Shown here piece by piece: positions 47,989 through 57,649 of a DNA stretch of 64,000 nt. The DNA is from Candidatus Nomurabacteria bacterium (GTDB lineage Bacteria > Patescibacteriota > Minisyncoccia > Phycocordibacterales > UBA9973). How positions within the stretch are numbered: position 1 is the first letter of the stretch; each line of letters begins with the position of its first letter. A program made the translations under genes and the position numbers. The notes under the pieces are model-generated. The model made no database searches and was not told the DNA's origin. It saw nothing but the letters and a program-made list of their open reading frames with translations. The DNA lies in the NCBI GenBank assembly GCA_003155695.1, contig PMDZ01000006.1, positions 20,007-84,006 on the forward strand. Reading direction: 5' to 3'.

Positions 47989-48072
47989 CCAAACATCTTG
48001 CGCAGAATATTTTTCGGTATATAATGGACACATTAAAGACATATTATCCCGTCAAGGCGGGGAAAAAGACAG

Positions 48073-48903
48073 ATGGATAATAAAAAAGACATACAACAGA
48101 CAAGCATAAATACTTATGGACAACCAAATGTCTCTGACAGTAAATCATTAGTGGACAGGCCTGTTTATGAGTTTATCAACAAAAAGACAGAAAAATTAGT
48201 TACTGCTCTCTATATGGTTACCGACTGCATGGATACCGACGATGCTCTCAAAGGGAAACTTCGTCAGTTAGGTGTAGAATTACTGTCCGATATGTATAAG
48301 CTTTCAACCTTATCCCCAATGGACAAATATACTCGTATTTCTTCCTCTCTTGCCCGTATTGATGAGATACTTTCTTTCATTGAGATTACTTACACAATTG
48401 GTTTTATTTCGGAAATGAATACCGTCATTTTGAAGAAAGAGTTCACAATTTTAATAGAGGAGCTAGAATCTCACCAAAAAGAAAACAAGCATTTCACATT
48501 TACCTTAGACGAGAAGATATTTGATTTACCGGAACTTCAAATCGCAGGGAAAGATTCAGATTACAAAGGGCAATCATTTATAAAGGACAAAAGGACATCT
48601 TTTAATAGTATGTCCTTTATGGATAATAAAAGTCCTTTACAAAAATCCCAACCTAAAAGGACAATATCTCACGAATCAAATTTTGCCGATAGGCAAGAGA
48701 GGACGAATAAGATATTAGCTCTTATAAAAGAAAAGAAGGACTTGCCTACTGGAGAAGTAGGAGTTTCGATAAAAGACATCTCTCTTTCTTTTACAGACTG
48801 CTCGGAAAAGACAATTCAACGCGAACTGAACTCACTTGTCCAGAAAGGTCAACTCAAGAAAACCGGGGCTAAACGCTGGTCGCGATACTCTATTGTTATT
48901 TAA
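48073..48903 (+). CDS. Hypothetical protein with helical N-domain and C-terminal winged-HTH (DeoR-like)
   Basis: R...IL..IK...VSIKDI......SEKTIQREL..LV..G.L.K.G.KRWSRY. Confidence 0.75.
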   Translation: MDNKKDIQQTSINTYGQPNVSDSKSLVDRPVYEFINKKTEKLVTALYMVTDCMDTDDALKGKLRQLGVELLSDMYKLSTLSPMDKYTRISSSLARIDEILSFIEITYTIGFISEMNTVILKKEFTILIEELESHQKENKHFTFTLDEKIFDLPELQIAGKDSDYKGQSFIKDKRTSFNSMSFMDNKSPLQKSQPKRTISHESNFADRQERTNKILALIKEKKDLPTGEVGVSIKDISLSFTDCSEKTIQRELNSLVQKGQLKKTGAKRWSRYSIVI

Positions 48904-49013
48904 AAAAGACGACAATATTATTGTTTTGTGACGACGGGTGGGGGCGTGCCGTTCCGAGGTAACCCGAGGAATGGGGTTAAGGAGGAATAAAACAATAATA
49001 TTGTCGTCTTTTT
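48903..49013. repeat. Element with perfect 25-bp terminal inverted repeats and a GC-rich core
   Basis: AAAAAGACGACAATATTATTGTTTT (48903-48927) and its reverse complement (48989-49013). Confidence 0.85.
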
Positions 49014-49273
49014 CTGTTTTAGGCTATTTCAAGGAAACCCTTATATTCCCAGTTATCCACACCTTTTGGTCAAATCCTATGTATCTATTGCATATTATAA
49101 ACCTGGAGTATATAATATCTGTGTATATTGTTGCTGGTATTTTTTTACCATATGTGATAATATATAGTATCCCTGTGTACTTGTTTCTAATAAGCGCATT
49201 TGGGAAGAGAAGATCATTGAAAATAAAATACCTCTATATTCTAATACCAAGAAGGTAGTGGCCGTTTCGTTTT

Positions 49274-49741
49274 CACTGGTCGGATCCGTTTTGTTTCTTT
49301 TCAATTTTATTTTTCCTCAATCGCCCGATTGATAGAGATTGGGTGAGTCTTACTTTGATAGAGGTGAGATTATCCCGTTGATAGAGACGGGTGATAAAAG
49401 AAAAATAAAAATAAAGATTTCAAAATGTGGTATCGGCCCTGTCGACAAGGCAGATATGCTTGTCTCGTCTTTTCTTTACTCTCTCGAAAAGAGATTCTTA
49501 AGAAGGGTAAAGGCAGGCAGTGTTTTTTAGTTTAGTTATTCAAGTAATTTATTTTTTGATACTTATTCCGTCATCATTTTTTTGATAGAGAAATTGTGGA
49601 GGGAAGAGAATAAAATAAATTATGAGATGGAAGGTTTATGTTTGTTATTTTACGGTTTTGAATTTTGTTACTTTTTCCATCGCAACTTTTTTGATAGAGA
49701 GAAGTTATGGTTCAAGTTTCAGAATTTGGAAATTCAGTAAA
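49274..49741 (+). ncRNA. Candidate large structured RNA (ncRNA or S-layer 5' leader) with five UUGAUAGAG-tipped hairpins
   Basis: Nested complementary segments, many G-U pairs on the + strand, repeated loop motif, no credible ORF. Confidence 0.7.
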
Positions 49742-49886
49742 AAAAGATTATTAATTATTAATTTCAATTCTTAATTATTAATCAAATACACACACATTAG
49801 TTTTTTTCCGGAGCACACAATTCATTATCAGTCGTCTTCCGGAATTAGTCGAAGCTAATCTAAACGTGTATAAAATTATAAAGATT

Positions 49887-51752
49887 ATGTTAAAAAAATT
49901 TTTAATCGGAGCAATAGCAGTAATAGCTTTTGGTGTTGTTATGCACACAGCTATGGCCGCTCTTGATTTCGGTCCTACAACTTTAAAAGTAGGTAGTACA
50001 GGAGTATTCGTAAGCACACTTCAGCAATTTGTTGGAGCAACAGCTGACGGATCTTTCGGTCCTATGACGAAAGCAAAGGTTATGGCATGGCAAGCAACAA
50101 ACGGCTTAACAGCTGATGGCGTGTTTGGTCCATTGTCAAAAGCTAAAGCTAACGCAACAGTTGGAACATATCCATCAGGTTGTTCGTCAACATTGGGTTA
50201 CAGCACAACAACCGGTTTACCATGTACAACAGCAGGAAATTATCCGGCAGGCTGTACTTCAGAAGTAGGATACTCTCCTACAACCGGAGCAAAGTGTGAT
50301 AGTTCAACAACTGGTGGTGGTTCCTCAGGTGGAGCTCTATCCGGTGGTGCAGGGGATGCAACTTTAACTCACTATTCAACCAGTGAGAAAAGTAAAATAA
50401 AAGAAGGAGATTCAGACGTTAAAGTTCTTGGCTTCAGAGTTGAAGCTTCAGATTCTGACATTGCTGTAAACAATGTTAAAGTTAAAATCGAAAACACTGA
50501 TGCACCTTCTTCTTCGTACAAAATCACAAAATACTTAGATTCAGTGGATATCTACCAAGGTTCAACAAAGGTTGGATCGGCAGATGCTGCTGACTTTACA
50601 AAAGCATCAGATGATTCTTACTCAAAATCAATTGCAGTTTCAAATGCAGTTGTTAGAGATGGGGACAAGGATCCTTTCTATGTAGTATTCAATGCTGTAG
50701 ATAGTATTGATTCAGAAAACTCTACTGCAAGTCTTACAGTAGGTGTAGAATCATTCCGCTTTACAGATGGATCAGGAGTTGTTACAACAGCAACACCCGA
50801 TCCAGCAGTTTCTAATGTAGTTACATTAGATGATTCATCAGATGTTCTAACTCTAAAGTCATCTTCAAATAATCCTGATGATGTAACTGTTACAGTTGAT
50901 GAAAACAATACTACAGATGAAGTATTAGCTCTTGCATTCAAATTGAAGGCAGGTTCTGATTCTTCAGATATCACACTTGATAAACTTCCAATTACTCTTG
51001 AAATAGCTGGTGCTGGAGCATCGGTTACTTCTTCAGAAAAAGTTATTGATTCTGTAGTTGTTAAGTTAGATGGTAAGGAAATCACAGCTGATGCTACTAA
51101 TACATCAATTAATAACGCAGGGTCAGATACAGCTCTATATACAGCTGACCTTTCAAATGAGGATATTACTATTGCTCAAGATGATACCCTTGAAGCAAAA
51201 GTTTATATAACTTTTGTTGAACAGGGTGGAACAGGTTCTGGTAAGAACTATACAGATGGCTCAACAGTTGTTACTGCTCATATAACAGGTACTGCTATTA
51301 CAGCAGAAAGTGCTAATGATGATACTATCAGTCCAACATCTGGTACACAAACAGGTGCTGCACTTACACTAAGTACATCTTCAATTACTTTGTCTGGTAT
51401 GAGTTGGACAACAACTTCAGGTTCATCTACTGGTACACTTGACTTCTACTTCTCATTAGAAGCTGGTGATAATGATGTTGAAAATCTTACAATAAGTGAT
51501 GTTGTTACATCAGAAAATACAACTAATGCTGGTGGTAAAGCAGCTGGTGATGCAGCAGGAGTTCTTACAAAGATATCTGGTGATGCAACAACAAACTCAA
51601 CAGGTAACTTTACAATCTCATCAGGTGATACTGCTAACTTCAGAATTAGATATACCACAACAGTTTCTGGTTCAGAAGTTCAGATTAAAACAATTAAAGG
51701 ACAAACAGTTCCTGATAACAAGCAATTGTCAGGTACATTTATTGCTCAATAA
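49887..51752 (+). CDS. S-layer-like secreted protein with peptidoglycan-binding domain
   Basis: Signal peptide; TLKVGSTG..V..LQ, ADG.FGP.TK, ADGVFGP; S/T/D-rich beta body; strong A/T-ending codon bias; terminator follows. Confidence 0.8.
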   Translation: MLKKFLIGAIAVIAFGVVMHTAMAALDFGPTTLKVGSTGVFVSTLQQFVGATADGSFGPMTKAKVMAWQATNGLTADGVFGPLSKAKANATVGTYPSGCSSTLGYSTTTGLPCTTAGNYPAGCTSEVGYSPTTGAKCDSSTTGGGSSGGALSGGAGDATLTHYSTSEKSKIKEGDSDVKVLGFRVEASDSDIAVNNVKVKIENTDAPSSSYKITKYLDSVDIYQGSTKVGSADAADFTKASDDSYSKSIAVSNAVVRDGDKDPFYVVFNAVDSIDSENSTASLTVGVESFRFTDGSGVVTTATPDPAVSNVVTLDDSSDVLTLKSSSNNPDDVTVTVDENNTTDEVLALAFKLKAGSDSSDITLDKLPITLEIAGAGASVTSSEKVIDSVVVKLDGKEITADATNTSINNAGSDTALYTADLSNEDITIAQDDTLEAKVYITFVEQGGTGSGKNYTDGSTVVTAHITGTAITAESANDDTISPTSGTQTGAALTLSTSSITLSGMSWTTTSGSSTGTLDFYFSLEAGDNDVENLTISDVVTSENTTNAGGKAAGDAAGVLTKISGDATTNSTGNFTISSGDTANFRIRYTTTVSGSEVQIKTIKGQTVPDNKQLSGTFIAQ

Positions 51753-51792
51753 TTGTATAACTAAATCTGGTTGATACGCCTTAAAATGTATT

Positions 51793-51825
51793 CAAAAAAC
51801 CACTCATTATATGAGTGGTTTTTTG
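51793..51825 (+). terminator. Intrinsic terminator after S-layer gene
   Basis: AAAAAACCACTCAT-TAT-ATGAGTGGTTTTTT. Confidence 0.88.
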
Positions 51826-51885
51826 TTATTTGAAAAGCTCCATTTCGTATAGATATTTTGTTCTTTTTCGGTTATACTCTTTAAT

Positions 51886-53904
51886 ATGGTGAAGGTAAAA
51901 GAGCAAATACTTTGGCAATGGAAGTGGATAGAATACTTGGCCTATGCTATTGTTTTTATCACCCCTCTTTATTTTAGTACAAATCATTGGTTTTCGTTTA
52001 ATTCCCCGAAGACGCTCGCTATTTCTTTTGGAGTTTTGTCTATGACTATATTGTATGCTTGGGGAGTTATTGTCTCAAAGAAATTTTCTATAAAAGTTAC
52101 CCCACTTCACATTGTATTAGGAGTTTTTCTTGTCATTCTTACTATCAGTTCTATTTTGGGAGTGGATGCGCATAATTCATTTTTTGGGACTTTTAGTTTT
52201 CCGACCAACTTAATTTTTATTTATATAGTATCTTTGTTCGCTATTTTTATCGGATTTTTGATTCATAGAGATAAACAATTTTTACCAAAAATAATTTTAA
52301 CATCTTTTCTTAGTAGTATCATTGTGGCTTTTTTCTCATATACAGGGACTTCAATTTTTAAAATATTTACTGATTATAGTTCGACAATAGGGAATAGTTC
52401 ATATGCCGGGGCTTATCTCTTGTTCAATATTTGCTTTGGAATTGGCTTATTCTCATATTATAAAAAATGTTGGAAGAAGATATTAATAGCGATTTCAACT
52501 CTTTTTATTATTTTTTGCCCGCTATTCTTCAATATAGATATTTTTTCCGGGAAAATTGCATTATCGGATATTTTACACAATCCGCTTTTGCTCGCAGGTG
52601 TTGCAAATGGGGCAGCTCTGGGTGTAATTTTTTCCATTATAATCATTGCTTGTTTTTATCTCTTATTATCTTGTAAGAAGCCAATTAAAATTATTGGAGT
52701 TGTTTTATTTTTAGGATTTCTTTTGGGAACTGTTTATACTGGTTATATTTTTTTGAATCCAACCTCGAAGATTCATAATATATATTCTGAAGTAAAAGGT
52801 GATAATAGATTTATAGCTTGGGATATTGCTGAGAGAGGTTTGATGGATAGACCGCTACTCGGTTCCGGATTTAATAACTTTTATTACACATATCAAAAAT
52901 ATTTTAGAGCGGATATTTATAAAGAAGATATTGAATTTTTCCTCCAACCGCATAATGTTGTTTTTGAGTATGCATCAAATAATGGTATTTTAGGATTAGT
53001 TTCTTTTCTCTCGTTGTTATTTTTTACTTTTCTCGCATTGTTTAAGTATAGAGAAGATGAAGACGGAGAATATAGAATGTTTAGAATCTCTATAATTGGT
53101 ATTTTATTCGGATATTTTATTCAAAATTTATTTGGTTTTGATACAGTTACCTCTTACCTGATGCTTTTCTTGGTTGTTGGGATTGCGATAGGACTATCTT
53201 ACAAAAACCGGGATATTGCATTTACCGACAAATCGGAAATAATAAAAAAAATAATTTCTGTAATTATAATACTTGGGAGCCTAGTTTCTATTGTTTTATT
53301 TGTTGTATTGCCATGGAAAGAATCTTTAAAATGGAGACATTTTAACCAGGAGACAAGACTTCAGGAGCTTAGCATATTGAGACAAGGGTTGCAGGAGACC
53401 TCTCTTTTCGGAGGAGTAGGAGATAGTACTTATGAAGCAATTAAATTATATAATTTTTATATAGCAAATGTGGATAAAATAAATGATTCGAATAGAATGT
53501 CTTTTCTTGATGAAATTGATTCTATTGTCGGGCAAATAGAAAAAGACCAACTGTCTCAACCAGATGATTTTCGGGCTTATCTTGTCATAGGGAAGTTATT
53601 GAGTCTAAAAATATATATTATGGGGAGGGTCGATGAGAGTGTTTGGGGAAAAGCGAATTTTTATCTGGATAAAACACTCAGCATTGTTAATTACCAAAAC
53701 CCTGAAGCTTTCTTGGCAAAGGCACAATTATATATTTTCAAAAATGACTATGTCCAAGCTCGTTTATATACCCAAAAAGCAATATCGTTAATTCCAAACT
53801 ACAAAGATTCATATGAAATAGCAAAAAAAATTCAAGCCTTGAGCTCCGATAAAGATTTCCAGAAATACATAGATAATATGCAAAAAATCTGGCTTATAAA
53901 ATAA
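51886..53904 (+). CDS. O-antigen ligase/O-oligosaccharyltransferase-like membrane protein with C-terminal TPR-like region
   Basis: Many TMs; R..AW......RPLLGSG.NNF, PHN..FE....GILG. Confidence 0.82.
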   Translation: MVKVKEQILWQWKWIEYLAYAIVFITPLYFSTNHWFSFNSPKTLAISFGVLSMTILYAWGVIVSKKFSIKVTPLHIVLGVFLVILTISSILGVDAHNSFFGTFSFPTNLIFIYIVSLFAIFIGFLIHRDKQFLPKIILTSFLSSIIVAFFSYTGTSIFKIFTDYSSTIGNSSYAGAYLLFNICFGIGLFSYYKKCWKKILIAISTLFIIFCPLFFNIDIFSGKIALSDILHNPLLLAGVANGAALGVIFSIIIIACFYLLLSCKKPIKIIGVVLFLGFLLGTVYTGYIFLNPTSKIHNIYSEVKGDNRFIAWDIAERGLMDRPLLGSGFNNFYYTYQKYFRADIYKEDIEFFLQPHNVVFEYASNNGILGLVSFLSLLFFTFLALFKYREDEDGEYRMFRISIIGILFGYFIQNLFGFDTVTSYLMLFLVVGIAIGLSYKNRDIAFTDKSEIIKKIISVIIILGSLVSIVLFVVLPWKESLKWRHFNQETRLQELSILRQGLQETSLFGGVGDSTYEAIKLYNFYIANVDKINDSNRMSFLDEIDSIVGQIEKDQLSQPDDFRAYLVIGKLLSLKIYIMGRVDESVWGKANFYLDKTLSIVNYQNPEAFLAKAQLYIFKNDYVQARLYTQKAISLIPNYKDSYEIAKKIQALSSDKDFQKYIDNMQKIWLIK

Positions 53905-53932
53905 TTATTAAAATAAATGTTATAATTAGGAT

Positions 53933-54817
53933 ATGAAAATAATAGTCACAGGCGGAGCGGGGTTTATTGGGAGCCATATTGTGGATACTCTTATTAACGG
54001 GGGATACGAAGTCCATGTTGTGGATAACTTATCGGCTGGGAAAAAGGAAAATGTGAACCCAAAGGCAACTCTACATGTAGTGGATATCCGAGATAAAGAT
54101 GCCCTCATTCCGATTTTTAAGGATGCCAAATACGTCTTCCACGAAGCAGCTTTCCCCCAAGTAGAGTATTCTATCCAAAATCCAATAGAGACAAATGATA
54201 TCAATGTGAATGGAACGTTGAATGTCTTGGAGGTTTCAAAAATAAATAAAGTCAGAAGAGTTATCTTTGCCTCTTCGTGCGCTGTCTATGGTGACCAAGA
54301 GAAAATGCCAATGGTTGAGGATATGGCTGTTTATCCACTTTCTCCTTATGCTGTCCATAAGCATATTGGGGAAATATATATGAAATTATATTCAGAAATT
54401 TATAATCTGGAGACTGTTTGTCTTCGGTATTTTAATGTCTATGGTCCACGCCAATCTGTGAATGGCTCATATCCACTTGTCATAGCCAAATTTTTAGACC
54501 TGAAAAAACAAAATAAGCCGCTTATGATAGTCGGAACCGGTGAGAATACTCGCGATTATGTCAATGTTCGAGATATTGTCCGGGCAAACATATTGGCGAT
54601 GAAAGGTGATAAGGTTGGAAAAGGAGAAGTTATAAATATTGGTACCGGCAAACAATATTCTGTTAACCAAATTGCCGAAATCATCGGTGGTCCGACAGAG
54701 CACATTCCTCCGCGAATTGAACCTCGTTGCGCGGAAGCTGGCATTACAAAAGCCAAAGAGCTTCTTGATTGGGAGCCGAGTGTGAGTTTAGAGGAGGGGA
54801 TAAATACTTTGCTTTAG
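53933..54817 (+). CDS. NAD-dependent nucleotide-sugar epimerase/dehydratase
   Basis: VTGGAGFIGS, PY...K, LRYFNVYGPRQ, TRDYV. Confidence 0.92.
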   Translation: MKIIVTGGAGFIGSHIVDTLINGGYEVHVVDNLSAGKKENVNPKATLHVVDIRDKDALIPIFKDAKYVFHEAAFPQVEYSIQNPIETNDINVNGTLNVLEVSKINKVRRVIFASSCAVYGDQEKMPMVEDMAVYPLSPYAVHKHIGEIYMKLYSEIYNLETVCLRYFNVYGPRQSVNGSYPLVIAKFLDLKKQNKPLMIVGTGENTRDYVNVRDIVRANILAMKGDKVGKGEVINIGTGKQYSVNQIAEIIGGPTEHIPPRIEPRCAEAGITKAKELLDWEPSVSLEEGINTLL

Positions 54818-54847
54818 GCCTTATTAATTAAAATATAAAGTTGTTAT

Positions 54848-55603
54848 ATGGATAATATTTTAGAAGAAGAAAAAAAATTTCAAGATTCGAAAGTCACAAG
54901 CAGTGTTCGTGCTGGGTATTATGCTTTCTATAAAGATAACAAAGAAACATTAGCTCATATTAATAATCATTTAAATGGAGTTTCCGGGAAAATTCTTGTT
55001 TTGGGATGTGGAGATGTGGATATTACCTTGCTTTCCAAATACAAATTCAACCAAATTGTTGGAATCGATATTTCTCCCGAATCGGTGAAAAAAATAAATT
55101 TATTCATAAAAAATAAAGGGTTGGGCGACAAAATAAAATGTTTTGTTATGGATGCCCATAATTTGGAGTTTAGTGATAAAGAATTCGATATAATCTTCGG
55201 AACTGGTATTTTGCATCATTTAAACATTGAAAAGGCCTCAGAAGAAATGAGGAGAGTATTAAAAGATAACGGCGAAATAATTTTTATGGAACCACTGGGA
55301 ATAAATCCAGTGCTAAATTGGCATCGCAAAAGAACACCGGAAGCAAGAACTGAATTTGAACACCCACTTCGCTCCAAAGACTTCAAGACAATAAAAAAAT
55401 ATTTTTCAATAAGCACAAAAGGGTTTTATCTATTTACAATCCTAAGTTTTGGATTCAAAACTATTATTAAATCTGATTTTCTTTATAAAATAAGTCGATT
55501 AGCACTTTCAGGCTTGGACATGTTATTATTATCTGTACTACCCTTAGATTACTTATGTTGGATTACAATCATTGAAGGTAAAAAAAGAAATTTAACTGTC
55601 TGA
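54848..55603 (+). CDS. Class I SAM-dependent methyltransferase
   Basis: LVLGCG, GIDIS, MDAHNL.F....FD, ILHHL, EP...NP. Confidence 0.85.
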   Translation: MDNILEEEKKFQDSKVTSSVRAGYYAFYKDNKETLAHINNHLNGVSGKILVLGCGDVDITLLSKYKFNQIVGIDISPESVKKINLFIKNKGLGDKIKCFVMDAHNLEFSDKEFDIIFGTGILHHLNIEKASEEMRRVLKDNGEIIFMEPLGINPVLNWHRKRTPEARTEFEHPLRSKDFKTIKKYFSISTKGFYLFTILSFGFKTIIKSDFLYKISRLALSGLDMLLLSVLPLDYLCWITIIEGKKRNLTV

Positions 55604-55621
55604 TGAGTCAGCAAAATAATT

Positions 55622-56554
55622 ATGGAAATAAGTGAAGAAAAAAGAAAGGAACTGATATCTCAACTTGACAGACTTTCAAAAAGAGCGTTTGAATACTTAA
55701 GATTTTTAGGCGCTGGCTTTATAAAAAAAATAATGAGAATGATCTCCTCTCCACGAATATTTTTTGAAAATATTTTCTGGCGCTTACGAGTGAAAATATC
55801 AGGATGCAAAAGTGAAATCCCTGTCACGTTTTTCTTTGGCAGAAAAATCCTTTTGGATATAAGAGACCGTGATGCCCTTGACCTCAAGCTGTTCGGTCTT
55901 TTGCCGGCCGACGAAGAATGCTCACTCACGAAATATTTTATAATGAATTTAAAGTCAAACGACGTATTTTACGATATCGGCGCGAACTGGGGTTTCTATT
56001 CTTATCTTGCCGTCATATTTTGCAATGAAGTACATGTTTTCGAACCTTTGCCAAATATAGCGAAACTTTTGGAAAAAAATTTAAGCGGTGACGCAAAAGT
56101 AACTTTCAATAACATTGCCATATCCGACAAAAAAGGGAGTTCTGAAATCTATATCAGTGAAAGTTCAGGAAGAAGTACGATTAACAAAGAATCTGTCGAG
56201 ATGAATGGGGGAAAAAACATGGGGAAAATTATTATTCAAACAACAACTTTGGATGAATATGTCCTGGGGAAAAATCTTCCGACAATCATCAAGATGGATG
56301 TGGAAGGAGCGGAATATATGGTAATCAAAGGGGGTATTGATATCTTTTCAAAACACAATCCGATTATTGCTTTAGAGGTATGGTCATCCTCTTTTGGAGG
56401 ATCAATTTCGATGAAAGCGGTAGAATTGCTGAGAGAAATGGGGTATACTTCATATAGAATAACGGATAAGAGCACGCTTGAAGGAATAAAAGGAGATCTA
56501 TCTTTGTCGATAGGACAAGGAAGAAATTGTGAAAACTTCATTTTTAAAAAATAA
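55622..56554 (+). CDS. FkbM family methyltransferase
   Basis: FYDIGANWG, FEP, TLD, KMDVEGAE. Confidence 0.9.
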   Translation: MEISEEKRKELISQLDRLSKRAFEYLRFLGAGFIKKIMRMISSPRIFFENIFWRLRVKISGCKSEIPVTFFFGRKILLDIRDRDALDLKLFGLLPADEECSLTKYFIMNLKSNDVFYDIGANWGFYSYLAVIFCNEVHVFEPLPNIAKLLEKNLSGDAKVTFNNIAISDKKGSSEIYISESSGRSTINKESVEMNGGKNMGKIIIQTTTLDEYVLGKNLPTIIKMDVEGAEYMVIKGGIDIFSKHNPIIALEVWSSSFGGSISMKAVELLREMGYTSYRITDKSTLEGIKGDLSLSIGQGRNCENFIFKK

Positions 56555-56590
56555 TGTTCATATTTACAATTATTAACAAAAAGTGTATCA

Positions 56591-57649
56591 ATGAATAACC
56601 AAGAAAAAAAAATTAAAATAGGAATAGTGGGTGCCGGCTGGGTGGCGAATAATCGACATATTCCGGCTTTTAAGTCCGACCGACGATGCAGTATCGTGGC
56701 AATATACGATACAACACTAGAAAAAGCGGAAAAAACGGCAAAAAAGTACAAAATAAAAAATATATTTTCTGATTATAATTCGTTTTTAAATTCGGAAATA
56801 GATGCTGTTGTGGTCTGTACTCCGCCAATGTGTCATGCCAGTGTGGCCAAGGAAGCGCTTCTTCGAAATAAACACGTGCTGGTAGAAAAACCATTTTCTC
56901 TCACTATCGCTGATGGAAAAGAAATTGAAAATATTGCAAAAAGCAATGGTTTAATACTTTTTCCGGGACATAATTTCCTTTTTTCTAGAGCAATGTTAAA
57001 AATAAAAGAAGAACTAAAAAAACCGGACACAGGTGATATTTTGCATGTATCCGGATATCAGTGGAGCAGTTGGATGCGTCATCTTCCGACTTGGTTTCCA
57101 GAATTACCCGGCGGCTTATTCTTTGATGAAGGTCCTCATTTTATGTATTTGATGAAATATCTTGTGGGAGATTTTTCCGTAACTTCCGCAACATATACCA
57201 AAAAAGAAGCTGGGATGAAAAGACCGTTTGAAAATTATGTGGTCTCGGTAAAGGGAGAAAGGGCAACTGGAGATTTTTCGATGTTTTTCGGGTCGCCAAT
57301 GTCCGAATGGTTAATTGTCATAATGTGTCAGAAAAAGACACTTGTTTATGATATGTTCAGGGACTTTTACTTTACATTTAACCCCGAGCTAAAAAGAACT
57401 CGCATGTATCCAATAAGTGTTGTTGCATCCTTTGACAGACAGGTTTGGAAACAATATATAAAGTGGATATTCAGAAGATACGCCATATTTAAGCGGCACT
57501 TATATGGTGCCGATGTAATCGCAAGAAAATTTTTGGACGCAATCACAGGAAAAAGCGAACCAATTTTACACCCGTCAGATGGATATCAAGCTGTCGAAAA
57601 AATTATTGAAATAATTAAAAAATCAGGAACGAATTTATATGAAGTCTGA
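56591..57649 (+). CDS. Gfo/Idh/MocA family oxidoreductase
   Basis: IGIVGAG, CTPP..H, KHVLVEKP, GG...D.GPH. Confidence 0.9.
   Translation: MNNQEKKIKIGIVGAGWVANNRHIPAFKSDRRCSIVAIYDTTLEKAEKTAKKYKIKNIFSDYNSFLNSEIDAVVVCTPPMCHASVAKEALLRNKHVLVEKPFSLTIADGKEIENIAKSNGLILFPGHNFLFSRAMLKIKEELKKPDTGDILHVSGYQWSSWMRHLPTWFPELPGGLFFDEGPHFMYLMKYLVGDFSVTSATYTKKEAGMKRPFENYVVSVKGERATGDFSMFFGSPMSEWLIVIMCQKKTLVYDMFRDFYFTFNPELKRTRMYPISVVASFDRQVWKQYIKWIFRRYAIFKRHLYGADVIARKFLDAITGKSEPILHPSDGYQAVEKIIEIIKKSGTNLYEV

Noticed and set aside
49053-49061. Perfect DnaA box TTATCCACA in an AT-rich intergenic region, suggesting oriC
   Set aside because: Only one intergenic box, no dnaA/dnaN nearby and no lasting switch in gene strand. 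Other matches (53469, 54019) lie inside CDSs.
49305-49410. Cloverleaf-like four-way junction as a tRNA
   Set aside because: No T-loop GTTCRA, no D-loop GG and no CCA end; all three loops carry the same motif.
43755-49530. Short ORFs 43755-44021, 47854-48042, 48938-49258, 49095-49304 and 49339-49530
   Set aside because: They run through palindromic elements or the structured region, have weak starts and show no protein motifs.
49329-49699. TGATAGAGA resembles a tetO half-site, iterons or CRISPR repeats
   Set aside because: There is no palindromic partner half-site, spacing is irregular, the repeat is only 9 bp and there are no cas or rep genes. The hairpin-loop context fits an RNA motif better.
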